A stretch of 64,000 bases of DNA from Salpingoeca rosetta (GCA_033442325.1 JAWQFM010000006.1:101771-165770), one strand, 5' to 3'. Counted from the first letter of the stretch, positions 30,658 to 43,727 are shown. A program made the numbers and translations. The notes: generated by a model not told the origin, from the letters alone.

Positions 30658-33600
30658 CACACGAAGCGAGCGTAACGCCACACCTCAGCCCAGAAGCCGG
30701 CACCCGAGTTGCCCTGGTATGGCGTGCCCATGGACTGCAACTTGCGGGCACCCTGGGCAGTTGGCAGGTCGAGCATGGAGGATGCGTGATGGTTGAAATG
30801 GGTGGTGGTGGTGGTGGTGAGCAGTGACAACGAAACGATCACACTGCACGAAACTAAACGCGCATGTTGTCAGTGTTGTGCAAGTGGTGCAAAGAAACAC
30901 AAAGACCAGAAGCAGCGCAAAACACCGCCATCTGACCATCACAACCACCAAAACAAAACACAAGCAAACCAATTTCCAGCCACGAAGCAAAAGCCAGACG
31001 CAGTTGCAGTCCCACATGCGCACGGACCTGGGAGGCGTCGACACCGGTCCAGTAGTAGTTGTACACGTGGACGGAGGCAAACCCGCCCTGGGAATGGCCG
31101 AGCAGCCCATACGAGGTCAGGCCCTCCTTCTCCGCAAACTCAACCACGAGCTGGGCAAATTTGTCGTGGGAGCGCGACTGCTTGGGATCCTCAAAGTAGC
31201 GCGCATCATCCCACACCTGAGCACAATTGCACGCACGAGGAACGTGCAATTGGGGAGTGGTGAGACAAAGGTTCATGCGGCGCATAACAGGAACGGCAGA
31301 TCAAGCGATTGGAAAAGATGTGCAGTTGGGGAGGAAGGGAGGGAAAGCTTGTGTGTTGAGCATCCACACATACACGATCACACACACGCACGTACGCACG
31401 CACACGCACGTACGCACGCACACAATCACACAATCACACGCACGTACGCACGCACGCACACACACACACGCACGCACACAATCACACACAAGCACACAGA
31501 CAGAGCAACACAAATTCATGCTCACACATGCATAACAAAACCCAGCCACAAGCGGCAGACACGGGGGAGCGTACGTGGCTGGTGTGCTTCCACGGGTTAG
31601 AGTCGGAGCAGTAGCCGTGCAAGAGGACGAGGGCCGGGTTTGCGTCGGCGGCAGCGGTGGCGTTGCCGGATGCGCGGGCAGTGACGCGCTCGTGCAGCCA
31701 CTTGGGGCGCACGCCAAACCGCATCTAGGCAAGGGCGAGGGGGTGAGGGACCAAGGTGAGACCAAGGTGGAAGGAGAAGGGATGGTGGAGAGTGATGGGG
31801 TGGTGGTGGTGGAGAGGGATGGTGGTGGTGGTGGTGGAGAGGGATGGTGGTGGTGGTGGAGAGTGATGTGGTGGTGGTAGTGGAGAGTGATGGTGGTGGT
31901 GGTGGGTGGTTGTGGTCACTGGATGTGGCATGGAAATGACGTCTCGTGCGTGCAACTGTGTGCAATTGCCACAAACAACATCACGCACGCACGCACACGC
32001 ACACACACACACACATGTACATAAACACAAACACACATAGATATAAAAACACGCACACACACAAAACACCTTCTCTGTGACGGTGCCGTCGTATGTTGCG
32101 TTTGCAGTCTGGAATGCGCGCCAGAGAGCAACGTCGTTTGAGGCGGACAGCGGCGCGTCAATGGCGCCCATTGTCGACACGGGGATGAACGTGTTCACCT
32201 CCTGCACATACACGTTCTTCAGGGAGAAGGGGCCCACAGCAGCAGCAGCGGCGAGCCAGGCAAGGTCCACGTCGAGGCGAAGGACGGGCGCACCGTTGCT
32301 GCCCGCTGTTGGGGCAACGAGCGCAGACGACCACGCAACTGCACGCGTAGGCACGTAGCAAGATGATGTCAAGTGGCGGCGGTCAGGCGCATGAATGGGT
32401 CAAGGGAGGGGAGGTGAGCGTGAACAGGGTGGCAAAAAGGGGGGGGAGGAAAGGGGATAGCGTACATGTCACGTGCGCAAAGGTTGTTGCACATCACAAC
32501 TGTGACAACAGCAGAAGGTATGGCAGCAACAGAACCACAGCTGCAAACGGCAACAGAACCACAGCTGCAAACGGCAACAGAACCACAGCTGCAAACGGCA
32601 ACAGAACCACAGCTGCAAACGGCAACAGAACCACAGCTGCAAACGGCAACTATCTACAACACACATTACACAACACACAACACATTTCCAACACGTTCAC
32701 AGACAACAACAACGACGACGACTGACTTGGGACTTCGTGTCCGGTAAAGATGTTCCTGCCGTGGAGCTCAAAGTAGGCCCTGTAGCGCTCGGCGAGGTCT
32801 GTGAACCCGGCATCCACCTGGAACTGCTTGACCGCGAGGTCGACGACGAGGCGGTGCTGGGCACGGTCCACGTGCATGTCGACCGCACCGGTCAGCTCCA
32901 GGCTGCGGGGCACGATACGCACACTGTGCTCGGCCGTGCGAACAAAGGCGGCGCCGTTGCTGCGCGTGCCCTCCAGCACCGTCTGCACGAGGTACGAGCC
33001 GCACACGTCGGGGACAAAGCTGCCGCCAAACACGCCGTCGTTGGCGAGGAGGTCGTTGTGCAGGCCATCGTCGTGCATCTGCTCCTCCACGCGCGTGCCG
33101 TTGGGGAAGAAGACCTCCAGCTTGGCGGCGGAGACGGCATCGCCGAGGGCGGTGGGGCGAAGGCCCTTGGCCTTGACCAGGCTCGGGTTTGCAGTCACGT
33201 CATACATCTGGGCCTGGAAGCCGAGGTTGTCGTCCTGGCGCATGGTCAGGTACGACGTGAGCTTGCTGAAGATCTCGTCCTGCGACTCGTTCCACACCAG
33301 GAGGATGCCGTCCCCGGAGGTCTTGCTCCTGCTGCGAGCACCCTGCACGCGCTGCAGAAACTCGGCCTCGGCCATGTCGCTCACGGCGAGCGTGAGGTGG
33401 TACGTGCCGACGGCGGGCTTCTCAAACGTGTACACGTCGCCAATAATCTCAGTCGCGCTGTCGCCAACCGGCCAGAAGGACTGGGTCTTGTGGCCCGAGA
33501 GATCGACGGCGTTGCCGCTGGGGTCGCGCAGGGTCGGCTCAAGCCGATCCAGCAGCGGGGACATGAGCGAAAACTGGAACCCCTCGTCGGAGTCCACGAC

Positions 33601-33825
33601 CACATCCACCTCGTAAGTCCACAGCCGCTCGTTGTCGGCCGTCTGCTCAAAACGCATGAAGTGCGTCGCCGACGACTGGAACAGCGCGCCAAGCGAAGAG
33701 TCCGGGATGCCGTGGCGCTTGAACTCGGACGGCGGGCCACCCAGCATCTTGTGGTCCAAGCCGTGGGCGCTGTGCGCCACCACAGCCGCAAGCACTGCAA
33801 ACACAAACACAACAACCTTCATCAT
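29851..33825 (-). CDS. cmfA: Secreted conditioned-medium-factor (Dictyostelium CmfA)-like protein with a C-terminal alpha/beta-hydrolase domain; 7 exons
   Basis: Signal peptide MMKVVVFVFAVLAAVVAHSAHG, then KMLGGPPSEF, MHDDGLHNDLLANDGVFGG, LELTGAV, IAWSSALV, LKNVYVQEVNTFIPVS, LVLLHGYCS, GHSQGG, LQSMGTPYQG, DLTRDGAQMWLSGI, YCNMLTNAVLAKPNDGV, ECH. These are colinear with CMF as I recall it. Symbol denotes homology. Confidence 0.85.
32527..32650 (+). repeat. 24-bp minisatellite (caacagaaccacagctgcaaacgg) x5 in intron 1 of the CMF-like gene
   Basis: Five identical abutting copies, no spacers. Confidence 0.95.
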
Positions 33826-34069
33826 GGCGGTGCGTCCTCTGCTTCGTAATGGTTGTTTGTGTGTGGAAATGTGCAAGTCGCTCCAGAAACCACAAACGAT
33901 ATCGCTTGTGCTTCTTGGAAAATACGCAGGGGAAGTATTGTTGTGATAATTGGTGTGTGATGTTACAAATTTTCTAGCCAAGCACAGGGGGAACCAAAGT
34001 GAGCAAGTGGAGCAAGAAAGGCAGCAGCGGAGAGCACGACACATCGCTGTGCACAAGCACATCATCATC

Positions 34070-34531
34070 ATGTCCACGACAGCAACCGCAGCAGTGGCCA
34101 TGGCCATGGCGACGGCACGCCGGGTGCACGTGGCAAAGGGCTTTGTTGCAAGAGCTGTGGCTTGCGTGGGTGCGACGCCAGCCAGGGCTCAGCTGCACAC
34201 TTGCTCCTGCATGCACACAAAGTACCCGCCAAGGGACCCGCAGTACGACTTCAAGATGTACACGCTGCGGCCAGCCGCCAAGGCACAGGCATCGGACTTT
34301 ATCCATGAGCTTGGGCTCACCAACAATGGCGTCATCGGCTCCCGCCTGACCATCGAGGCCGTGGACCAGTACTCTCGCATGGGTGCGTGCTGTGGTTGAA
34401 GGAGCGGGCGTGTGCTGTGTGTAGTGTAGTGTGTGCGTGTGCTGTATGTGTAGAGAGAGAGAGTGTGTGTGTGTATGTCTGTCTGTATGTCCGTTCTTAT
34501 GTGTGCGTCCGTTCTTATGTGTGCGTCTGTT

Positions 34532-34586
<55 letters not shown>

Positions 34587-35392
34587 ACGCTGCGCGTCAC
34601 GTCTGAGTGTTGTGTTGTGGAGCGCGCCTCCTGCACCGTTTACCGCACGTTTCTAGATGAGCATTCGTTTTTGTCTCACGCTCCCCCTTCTTGTCACTGC
34701 TCCCTTGCGCGGGACTGTGCACAGGTTCCAACAACGCACAGGTTCCCTTGCCTGCGTCCACACCCAGGTCCAAGAACACGCAGCACAGCTTCCTCCTCCT
34801 TGACGAGGACAAAGTGCCCCACGTAAGTTACGCGTGTGTGTGTGTGTGTGTCTGTCTGTGTCTGTGTGTGTGTCTGTCTGTGTCTGTGTGTGTCTGTGTA
34901 TGCGTGTGTCTGTCTGTGTGTGTCTGTCTGTGTCTGTCTGTGTCTCTGTGTGTCTGTGTAAGGGCAGTGAAGCGAGTGTGATGCTGTTGTCTGGATGAGT
35001 GATTGTGTGAAATGCGCAGCTGTGTTTCACACCGTTGGGAGGCAAGCACGGGGTGGTGCAGCACGCCACAGCAGGCCCCTTGTTACCCAATACTCACTGT
35101 TGTTTCATGCGATGCACATGTCAACAGTTTATGAAAAACGCGACAGAGTACGTGTTTCCGGACCTGGAGGGTCTTGATAAGGAATACGACATGCCGGAGA
35201 GCGAGGTCATCTCCCGGGACCCCGCGTGTGCCAACCGCCGCTTCTCTTTCGTCTTTGTGGACACAAGCGAGGGCCAAACACACAACGTGAGAGTAGACAA
35301 AAGAGAGAGTGTGTGTGTGTGTGGTGTCTGTGTGCAGGGTGTTGAGTGTGAGCGCCTGTGTGTGTGTGTATGCAAGGTGTTGAGTGTGAGCG

Positions 35393-35427
<35 letters not shown>

Positions 35428-36920
35428 TGAGTGTCTGCCTGCATATCTGCCTGTCTGCATATGTCCTGCCTGTCTGTCTGTCTGCTTGGCACCTACCTCA
35501 CCACTTCTTTGCCTAACACGACACCACCGTGTTCCTCCCTCCCTGGTCTGTGCTTCGCCGTTTCACTCTGTGTGCTGTGCAGACCCGCCACATCCGCATC
35601 CGCGAGCAAGACGGCACCCTGCGCACGGCAACACGCGAGGAGCACGAGCGATACAACCAGGTCAGTCACGCTTGGGCTGTTGTCGTGTCGAGTGTTGTGC
35701 GGGGTTTTCTAAGGCTCGTCGATGCTGAGACTGCGTTCAGTCCACACACGCACGCTCAATTACGCACACTCACTCACTCACTCACGTACACTCACTCACT
35801 CACTCACGTTCTCACGTGTGCTGCAGGAATTCTTTGCGGAGCCGAGCAAGCGGGCCCAGCGGCCTGCTGTGTGCCGGGAGGAAAGCCTGCCTGGCATGTT
35901 TGCCATGAACCGCCACAAGTACATCCTGGACCTAACTGTCAAGCACCTCCACCCTTACCAGCGTGACTACCGCGAGGTGCGTCTGTGTGTGTGTGTGTCT
36001 GTGTGTCTGTGTGTGTCTGTGTGTGTCTGTGTGTGTGTCTGTGTGTCTGTATCTGCGTCTGTGCCTGTGTCTGCTTGTGCAGCCCTTTTGCTGTGACTGC
36101 ACACGTGCATGCATGTGTGTATCTCTGCTTGCCTGCATTCTCCTTTCCCCCTCCCACCTGCTGATGCTCGTCGCTGTCTCATCCGTGTGTTGCGCGCGCC
36201 CTGTGCGCTCAAAACCGCCTGTGGTTGCGTGTTTCATCAGGTGCACGAGGCCGTGTACAAGGATGTTGTTGTCACGAGCAAGTTCAACGCGCTGCAGGAC
36301 TCGCCCCACTGGCCTGCATTTGTCCGCTGGCTTGTCCGCACCGACCAGGCACATGTCCTCATCTCCACCCTCATGAAGGCGTCAAGGTTTGTCCTTCTCT
36401 GTTTCGTTTTCTGCGTCTGCGAGCGTGTGATGTGAATTGGGTGCACGCGTCTCTTCCTCCCGACTTTCTGCGGGAAGCCCATGACACTGCAACCCGCTGC
36501 CTTGCTGTGACTCACGCTCGACCACCTTCCACACGTGGACCAACATACGCGGGTTGCCTTCCCGCGTTGCACAGGTTCAAGGACGCCGCAAAGCTGGTGC
36601 ACTTTATCAAGACAGGAAGCATCGCCATCCCGGATAGCATTGAGGAGAACAAGAAGATTGCCCAGGTAATGGCTGCAGCACGGTTACGCCTGAACGCCAC
36701 ACCACAGCGTGTGCAAAAACAAAAAAAAAACTTGCCTCATCACGCACTCGTGCTCGCCCTCACAACCCCATCACACGCTCATGCTCTCCCTCGCAATCCC
36801 ACAACGCGCTCATCTTCACAACCCCACAACACACGCACCCACGATTGGCAGGACTACCTGCAAGAGTTCAAGCCACTCAAGGGCAACAAGAACAAGCAGC
36901 AACAGCAGCGCAAAGCGTGA
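34070..36920 (+). CDS. MRPS22: Mitochondrial ribosomal protein mS22
   Basis: Presequence, then EVISRDP...[73 protein letters not shown], matching mS22 [35 protein letters not shown]. Confidence 0.8.
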
Positions 36921-37262
36921 CGTAGGAATGAGGACGCGTGCATAGTCTTCGGTTGTTCTTCTTCACCTTTTTCTTCCTTGCTTCACTTCTTCTTGCTTGT
37001 CCATCCAGTAAACGTATCGCACGTCGCAGGTGTTCATCATGTCACACATCACCGCGCCTCAACATTCACATGCACAGTCGTGTGTCGGCTCTCCAACTTG
37101 TGTGCCAGTTACTGTGCTGCGATTGTGCAAACTGTAACAACCCTGAAGACCGCATCATTTTGTTGTCATTTCACTTTCGTTGATGATGACGAAGGCGCTT
37201 CTGCACTTACAACTCATGCCTAGACCCCCACTCCAGCAACCCACCAAGAACAACCGTGACGC

Positions 37263-37931
37263 ATGGCGATGACAAAGGAGTGCTGTGGCGTGGAGCGCGT
37301 TGAAGACGTGGAGGTTGTGTTGGACGAGATGCTGCGCGTGGTGCATGCGTCCTTCGATGCGTTTGTGGCCCCGGATTTCAGTGAGGAAGGCAAGGCCAAC
37401 TTTCGAGCGCACGCCACGCGCGACGAGATGCTGACCCGAAAGGATACGCACGACTGGTTTGTGGCACGGGACCCCATCACGAAGGAGCTGGCTGCGGTTG
37501 TGGAGGTGCGCGAGAGGCGCCACGTCTCCAAGTTCTTCACCCATCCGTCGCACCAACGCAAAGGGTACGGGCGAGCACTCATGCAGGCAGCATTCGAGCT
37601 GTGTGCAGAACACGCACGACAGCAGCGCCAGCGCAAGCAAGCGACTGCGTTGGAGCAACAGGCTCAGTCACACAAAACAGACGCAGCAAGGGCAGCCACG
37701 ACTCCGACAACGGTCAAGGAGGCAGACAAGGAGGGGCAAAGCGGAAGGCTTGGACACAACGAGGAGGACGACTGCCTTTGCCTTTCTTCTGCACAAGTGA
37801 CGCATGTCACAGTGTGTTCCTCGCCCTACGCTGTGCAGGTGTATTCGAGGCTGGGGTTCGTTGCCACTGATGAAGAGCAGACCGAACACGGCATGCGGTT
37901 CGTCCCAATGCAAGCAACCCTCGAATTATAG
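37263..37931 (+). CDS. Intronless GNAT-family N-acetyltransferase (bacterial type)
   Basis: Single 222-aa ORF: FVAPDFSEEGKANF, HVSKFFTHPSHQRKGYGRALM (acetyl-CoA motif A), VTVCSSPYAVQVYSRLGF, EQTEHGMRFVPM. Confidence 0.88.
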   Translation: MAMTKECCGVERVEDVEVVLDEMLRVVHASFDAFVAPDFSEEGKANFRAHATRDEMLTRKDTHDWFVARDPITKELAAVVEVRERRHVSKFFTHPSHQRKGYGRALMQAAFELCAEHARQQRQRKQATALEQQAQSHKTDAARAATTPTTVKEADKEGQSGRLGHNEEDDCLCLSSAQVTHVTVCSSPYAVQVYSRLGFVATDEEQTEHGMRFVPMQATLEL

Positions 37932-38362
37932 ACGTGTGGCGGGAGACGTGCGTGTGTGAGTGCAGTGTCGTGTTGGGTGTGTGGTGTCTGGTGTGGGTTT
38001 CTGTTTGTTCTCAGGTCCAATGAAGGATCGCGTTTTTGAGCGTCACAGGTTGCTTCTTGCCATTGCCTGCCATCTTGCATGTACTTGAGAATGAATAAAC
38101 GCGTGTAAAGGAGGGGGATTAGACCAAGGGAGCGTGAAGCGAGGAGGCTGAGTGCTCTTCTGTTCTTCTGTTGCTCGTGGTTGCTTGGTTGGTTGGTGTC
38201 CCCAGCCCAGCAGAGCGGTGCCAGCAAGCAAGCATCGCTCCATATTGGTCTACATTTTGTGCTGTCGCGTCCTGCGGCGGTTATCGAATCGAGTGCGGCG
38301 GCGGACACATTGGTGTGCAGCAGCAGAGCACGCTAACATTCATAAGCAAGCAGGCACCTGCC

Positions 38363-40490
38363 ATGGCCACGTCGAGGCTGTTCGCCCCGAAGACGCGGGT
38401 TGTGGACTGGGGCAGCATCAAGGCCATTGATGTCGACGATGTTATTGCCACGGAGAATGAGGACAGCCTCGCTCACTTGGAGGAGCTGTACGACATGATC
38501 GTGCGGGTAAGATGTGGCTCTGTGTTGTTGTGCCTGCTTGTGTTTGCTTGTGTTGTTGTGCCTGCTTGCGTTTACACGTGTCGTTGTGCCTGCTTGCGTT
38601 TACACGTGTCGTTGTGCTTGCTTGTGTTTGCATGTGTTGGTGTGCCTGCTTGTGTTTGCTTGTGTTGTTGTGCCTGCTTGCGTTTACACGTGTTGGTGTG
38701 CTTGCTTGTGTTTGCATGTGTGGACTGATGGGTGTTGCCACTGAATCCCCACACTCACTTCCTCACGCATGCACGCACATGCACACAATTCACAACACAC
38801 AACGCACACACAACTCACAACACGACGCATATGGCAGTGTGCACCTGCTCCCTCGGCGTTGAAGAAGGACATCTTGCAGCTCTTCCGTGTCACACAGCTA
38901 CTGCTGGAGCTCAAAGCAGACGTGCGGTTTTGGTGTTGCGATGCACCCTTGCTCCCACCGTATTCGCCGTGATTCCCGTCCTTCCTCGGCCTGCCTTGGC
39001 CTTCCTTCTTACACTCGTCGCACTCACGTGTTGATGCGCTTCATTCCCTGCTTCACAGGATGCAGAAGAGTATGCTCAGCAGTTGCAAGCCTCGCAGCGC
39101 TCCGCACGCGAAGCAGGTGCAACGTTTCGTCTGCTCGCAGACATACACATTCACACCCGCAATTACACGCACACGCATGCGTCTTCATTCACACGCACAC
39201 ACACCCATGTAAGGTCACACTGACTCTCACTGCCAAACGATCCCACGCTTGCACAACATGCACACCACGCCTGGCAGCCGGGCCCATCTCACGGCCGTCC
39301 ACCGGCGGGGATTCGCGACAGCTGCAGCGGAAGGTGGAGCAGCTGCAGTTGGAACTGCGGCACAAGACAGAATCGCTCGAACTCGCGCAGCAGGATGTGC
39401 AGAACCTGAGCTCTGATCTTGAAGCTGCACGCAGCCATGCAGACGACCTCGAAGCAGGTGTGTGTGTGTGTCATGACGATGGTACTTTCCTTGCCGCTGT
39501 TTTGATTTACGTAGCATCTGGCCACTCACGCGCGCACCTTCACACACTTCCTCTCACTCCCACTCACTCTCACACAATGCCCCACTTTCACACACATACA
39601 CACATGTGGCAGCCAACAAGAACTTGATTGCTGAGATTGATGACCTGAAAGCACATGCAGAAGCCAAGGTGCGACTGCTCTGCTATGGTGGACATTGTCC
39701 CAGGACTTGTTCCCCTTGCTTGATCGTTTCTTTGCTTCACCGCTTTTCAACGCCAACGCACACGAACACATGTACACACTCACTTACACATACACACATC
39801 CACAAACACACACCTGCAAACACCACCCCCAAACACACGCTCTGTTACAAACACACACTCACACGTACACGCATACGCACCTACTTATACGCATCCTGTC
39901 AGACTGCGGCGACGGCCGAGGCAGCCCAACACCAGGACCGCATCAGCCAGCAGCTGCAGGAACAGCGGGCGGCGATGGCGCGAATGGACGAAGCGCTGCG
40001 AGAGGCGCAGGAGCAGGTGCAGCGGCAGCGGGAACAGCTCGCACAGGCACAGGCCGCAGCAGCAGAGGACGAGAAGGTGGGCGCTGTGTGGCTGTGCTTG
40101 TGTTTGTGTGAATACTGGTGTGCGTGTGCGTGTGCGTGCGTGTGCGTGCGTGTGCGTGTGCGTGTCAGCATGTGCATGGTCACTGCTACCCGCAAAGAAC
40201 CACGTGACACATTCCTCGTTCTCAACATCACGATCACCACTCCCATCCTTGATCATCATCGCGGCACCAGCGAGCGGAAGGAGCGGAGAGCAGGGTGCAT
40301 GACTTGGCAGCCCGCGTGTCGTCGCTCGAACGCGAACTTGAGACCGCTGTGCGAGACCGTGATGCTGCGCTGGCACACGCCGACATCTTGGCGTCGCATG
40401 TAGCAGACAACACGGCCGCCGACACGCGAATCCTCGCACAGGTCGACGCGACCGTGAAAAAGGTACCGCCACAATGCTCGCTTGCTGTCA

Positions 40491-40560
<70 letters not shown>

Positions 40561-42833
40561 GTGTGTGTGTGCATGTGTGTGTGGGGTGTGTGTGTGTGCA
40601 TGTGTGCACGCTCTGCTGTCATGCATGTGTGTTTGTGTTCTTGTTTGCGCGTGCGTACGGGTGTTCTGCTGCTGTGCGCCTGCTCATTATGAAGCTCTGT
40701 ACCCTCACACCACCATTCTTCAACATCCAACACCGCCGCCACCACCAACAGTGGCAGCACATGCTGGGCGAGAAGGACGCCGAGTTGGCAGCCGCCCGCG
40801 AGGTAATCGCGCAAACTTTACAGTGACGAGGCCGTACGGGAACATGTGGACGTGTGTGTATGTGTGTGTGTACAATCGTGTTGCTCACTGCTTTTGCTTT
40901 TCTCTCTCTCTCACTGTCACTCACCCTCATCTTCACTCACCTACACGCGCTCTAACACCCCACCCCACCCCCACCTCCACAACCTTCAATACGACTGCAA
41001 CAGGTGATGTCGCGACTGCAGGATGAGGTTGTGCGGCAGCGGCAGGAGGCCGGACGCGAGGTGGAGGAGATGAGGAGGCAGCACGAGGGGGAAGTGGCAG
41101 CTCTCGAGCAGCAGCTTGCAGCAGTGCAGAGGGAAGGCGCAACGCAGGGGACAACACCATCGCTCCCTTCAACAACTGCACGCGGTAGGAACAGGCATTG
41201 TGTCGATATGCACGTGTAGTTCTGATGAGAGAACAGGAGCGAAATGACGATGATGTATGCGTTTGACACCTGCCCTGCCCCCCCCCCCCCCCCACTGCTG
41301 GGCGGTGCCAGTGCGTGTAATGTCACAAGCATGCTGTGTTTCGTACGTGTGTGCACTCTGACGTGCATCCCGTGCGCTCATGAACGTCACATGTTGCCGC
41401 ATGTAGACCACGAAACGCAACTGAAGAACCTCAGGCGAACACTTGAGGAGGCGCAAGCGTAAGTGAAACATCACATCGTGCATATATCCGCCTGCCAAGC
41501 CAGTTCCACAATGCCCTGGTGTGCCACCTTGCAACACGCGTCGTCCACAACTTGCTGATCCTCTTCTGCTGCTTCTTCCTTTGCGACCGCCAGGCAAAAC
41601 ACGCGGCTTCGTGCGCGCATGCGTCAATACGAAGAAGGCTTTGGTCTCTCCGACGCGCTGCAGGAGGTTGAGGTACGCTTGTATCAACGGAGGTCGAGTG
41701 AGGCTTCTTTGACAAGGTTCATGACCGTTTGTCGCAGCATGCGTGCGTGTGTTCTTACATATGTATGTTGTATGTGTGTGTGTGTGGTGTGCGTGTGCTT
41801 TGCTTGGCGGCGGTACGTTCAGGATTTGGAAGCGAAGGTTCGCCAACAGGACAGCGAAATTGAGCAGCGAACACAGGAAGCAAACGCAGCGCTGAGGCGG
41901 ATGGGTGCGTGGTGCACGTGCTATTATATATATACTGAAGAGTGAACTCGCAGGTGAATGTGGTTGTTCGCGATTGTTGGTGACATGTTTTTCCAAGTGT
42001 TGCTGATCACTCAACACGCACACACGCGCACGCATTCATACATACACACACATTCATACATACATACATACACACGCACGCACAAACACACGCACGCACA
42101 TGCACATGCGCAATCAAACAGATCGACTGTTGGATGAGAATGCGGTTCTGCGCGAGCGTGCGGGCATTTTCACTGTTGGCAGCAGCGAAATCGATCAAAT
42201 GCATGCAGATCGCAGGCAGGAGTTGGAAGGACTGCGCGATGCCAAAACGCGTTTGCAGGCGGACCTCGACGCCGCCCGTGACGAAACGTGCGTGCAAGTG
42301 TGGATGCTTGCATTGATTTTGTTTGTGTGCCTGGCTGCTTTGCTCGTTTGCCTCCCTCTTTCACTTGCCGCACATGCCTGTCTGTGCAACAACTGTGTGC
42401 TCATTCCGCTTCACCATCATCATGCACTCGAGCATTTCTTCACGCGCACACCCTGTCATCACGCCTCCAACGCAATCCAATCCCGTCGAATCCACCGATG
42501 GTGGCACCAGGGCGCGGCTGCGGCAGAAACTGCGGAAATACGCAACACTCGGGCGCGTTGTTGGTGCAGATGAGATGGAGGGCGACGAGACAGCAGCTGG
42601 TGAGGTGGTTGATGCTTTGACGCATGATGCCGTAGCCGTGGTGGCGATGGTGGCGGTGGTGGTGGCGATGATCGTGTTCATGATCGTGTTCATGATCGTG
42701 ATGACGTGGCAAGCACGCGACCACTTTGGGAAGCAGTGCAGTGATATACTCATTCATGTCTCATTTCCTTTTTCACCCGTGCCTTCCTTTGACATCTTGG
42801 TCACATGGGATGGCAACCCACTCACGTGTGTGC

Positions 42834-42890
<57 letters not shown>

Positions 42891-43632
42891 CGTGTGTGTG
42901 TGTGTGTGTGCGTGCCCGTGCAGAGAACGACATTGAGGTGTCGCTGCTGCAGCGGAAACTGCAGGCCGCACACGACGAGCTGGCGGAGGCGCGCGCTGAT
43001 GCGACTGAATTCAGGCGGCGGTGGACACATGCACAGGACGCGCTGACAGCAGCGGAGAAGCGGGAGAGGGAGAAGGAGCGAGAGGCAGAGCGCTTGGGCA
43101 CGGAGGTGAGGATGCTCAAGGCAGCGCTGTACCAGCTGGCACAGGAGATGAACAATCTTCAGTTCTACATCAACAAGGACGGCGACTTGCGAGAGTACAA
43201 GGTGTCGTGCCCGTCTGTGCGCGATCTCCTCGCGTTCTACAACTCAACAGCAGCCAGTGCATCGCCCTCCCATACAACACCTGCCCAACAACAAGACACA
43301 TCAGCAGCACCGACAGCGTCATCACCATCATCCTCAGCAGCCCAGCAGCGAGGGGCAGCAGGGGCGTCGGCGGACCTGATTACGCTGTACCAGAGCGACA
43401 TCCTGGCCCTGCGCACGGCAAAGGCAGAGCTTGCCCGCGCATTCCAGGAGCTGCAGCGCGAGCACCGGCGGGCTGTGGCGGACTTGGAACGAGCCAGGGG
43501 CGACAACAAACAGCTGGTGCGTGTCTGCATGTGTGCTGTGGGAGGGTGCTTTTGTTTTGTTTCAAATGGCGCTTTGTGGAACGTGCTTGACATGCTTTGT
43601 CTCCTTGTCTGTCGCTGCGGCTTCCTTCTTGT

Positions 43633-43727
<95 letters not shown>

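Noticed and set aside
32527-32650. 24-bp direct repeats resembling a CRISPR array
   Set aside because: Copies abut with no spacers, lie in an intron, and there are no cas genes; it is a minisatellite.
32737-33849. 370-aa and 271-aa + strand ORFs opposite the CMF-like exon 1 (and 27251-28054 opposite GATA)
   Set aside because: Explained by GC-rich codon bias of the sense gene; no recognisable domains.
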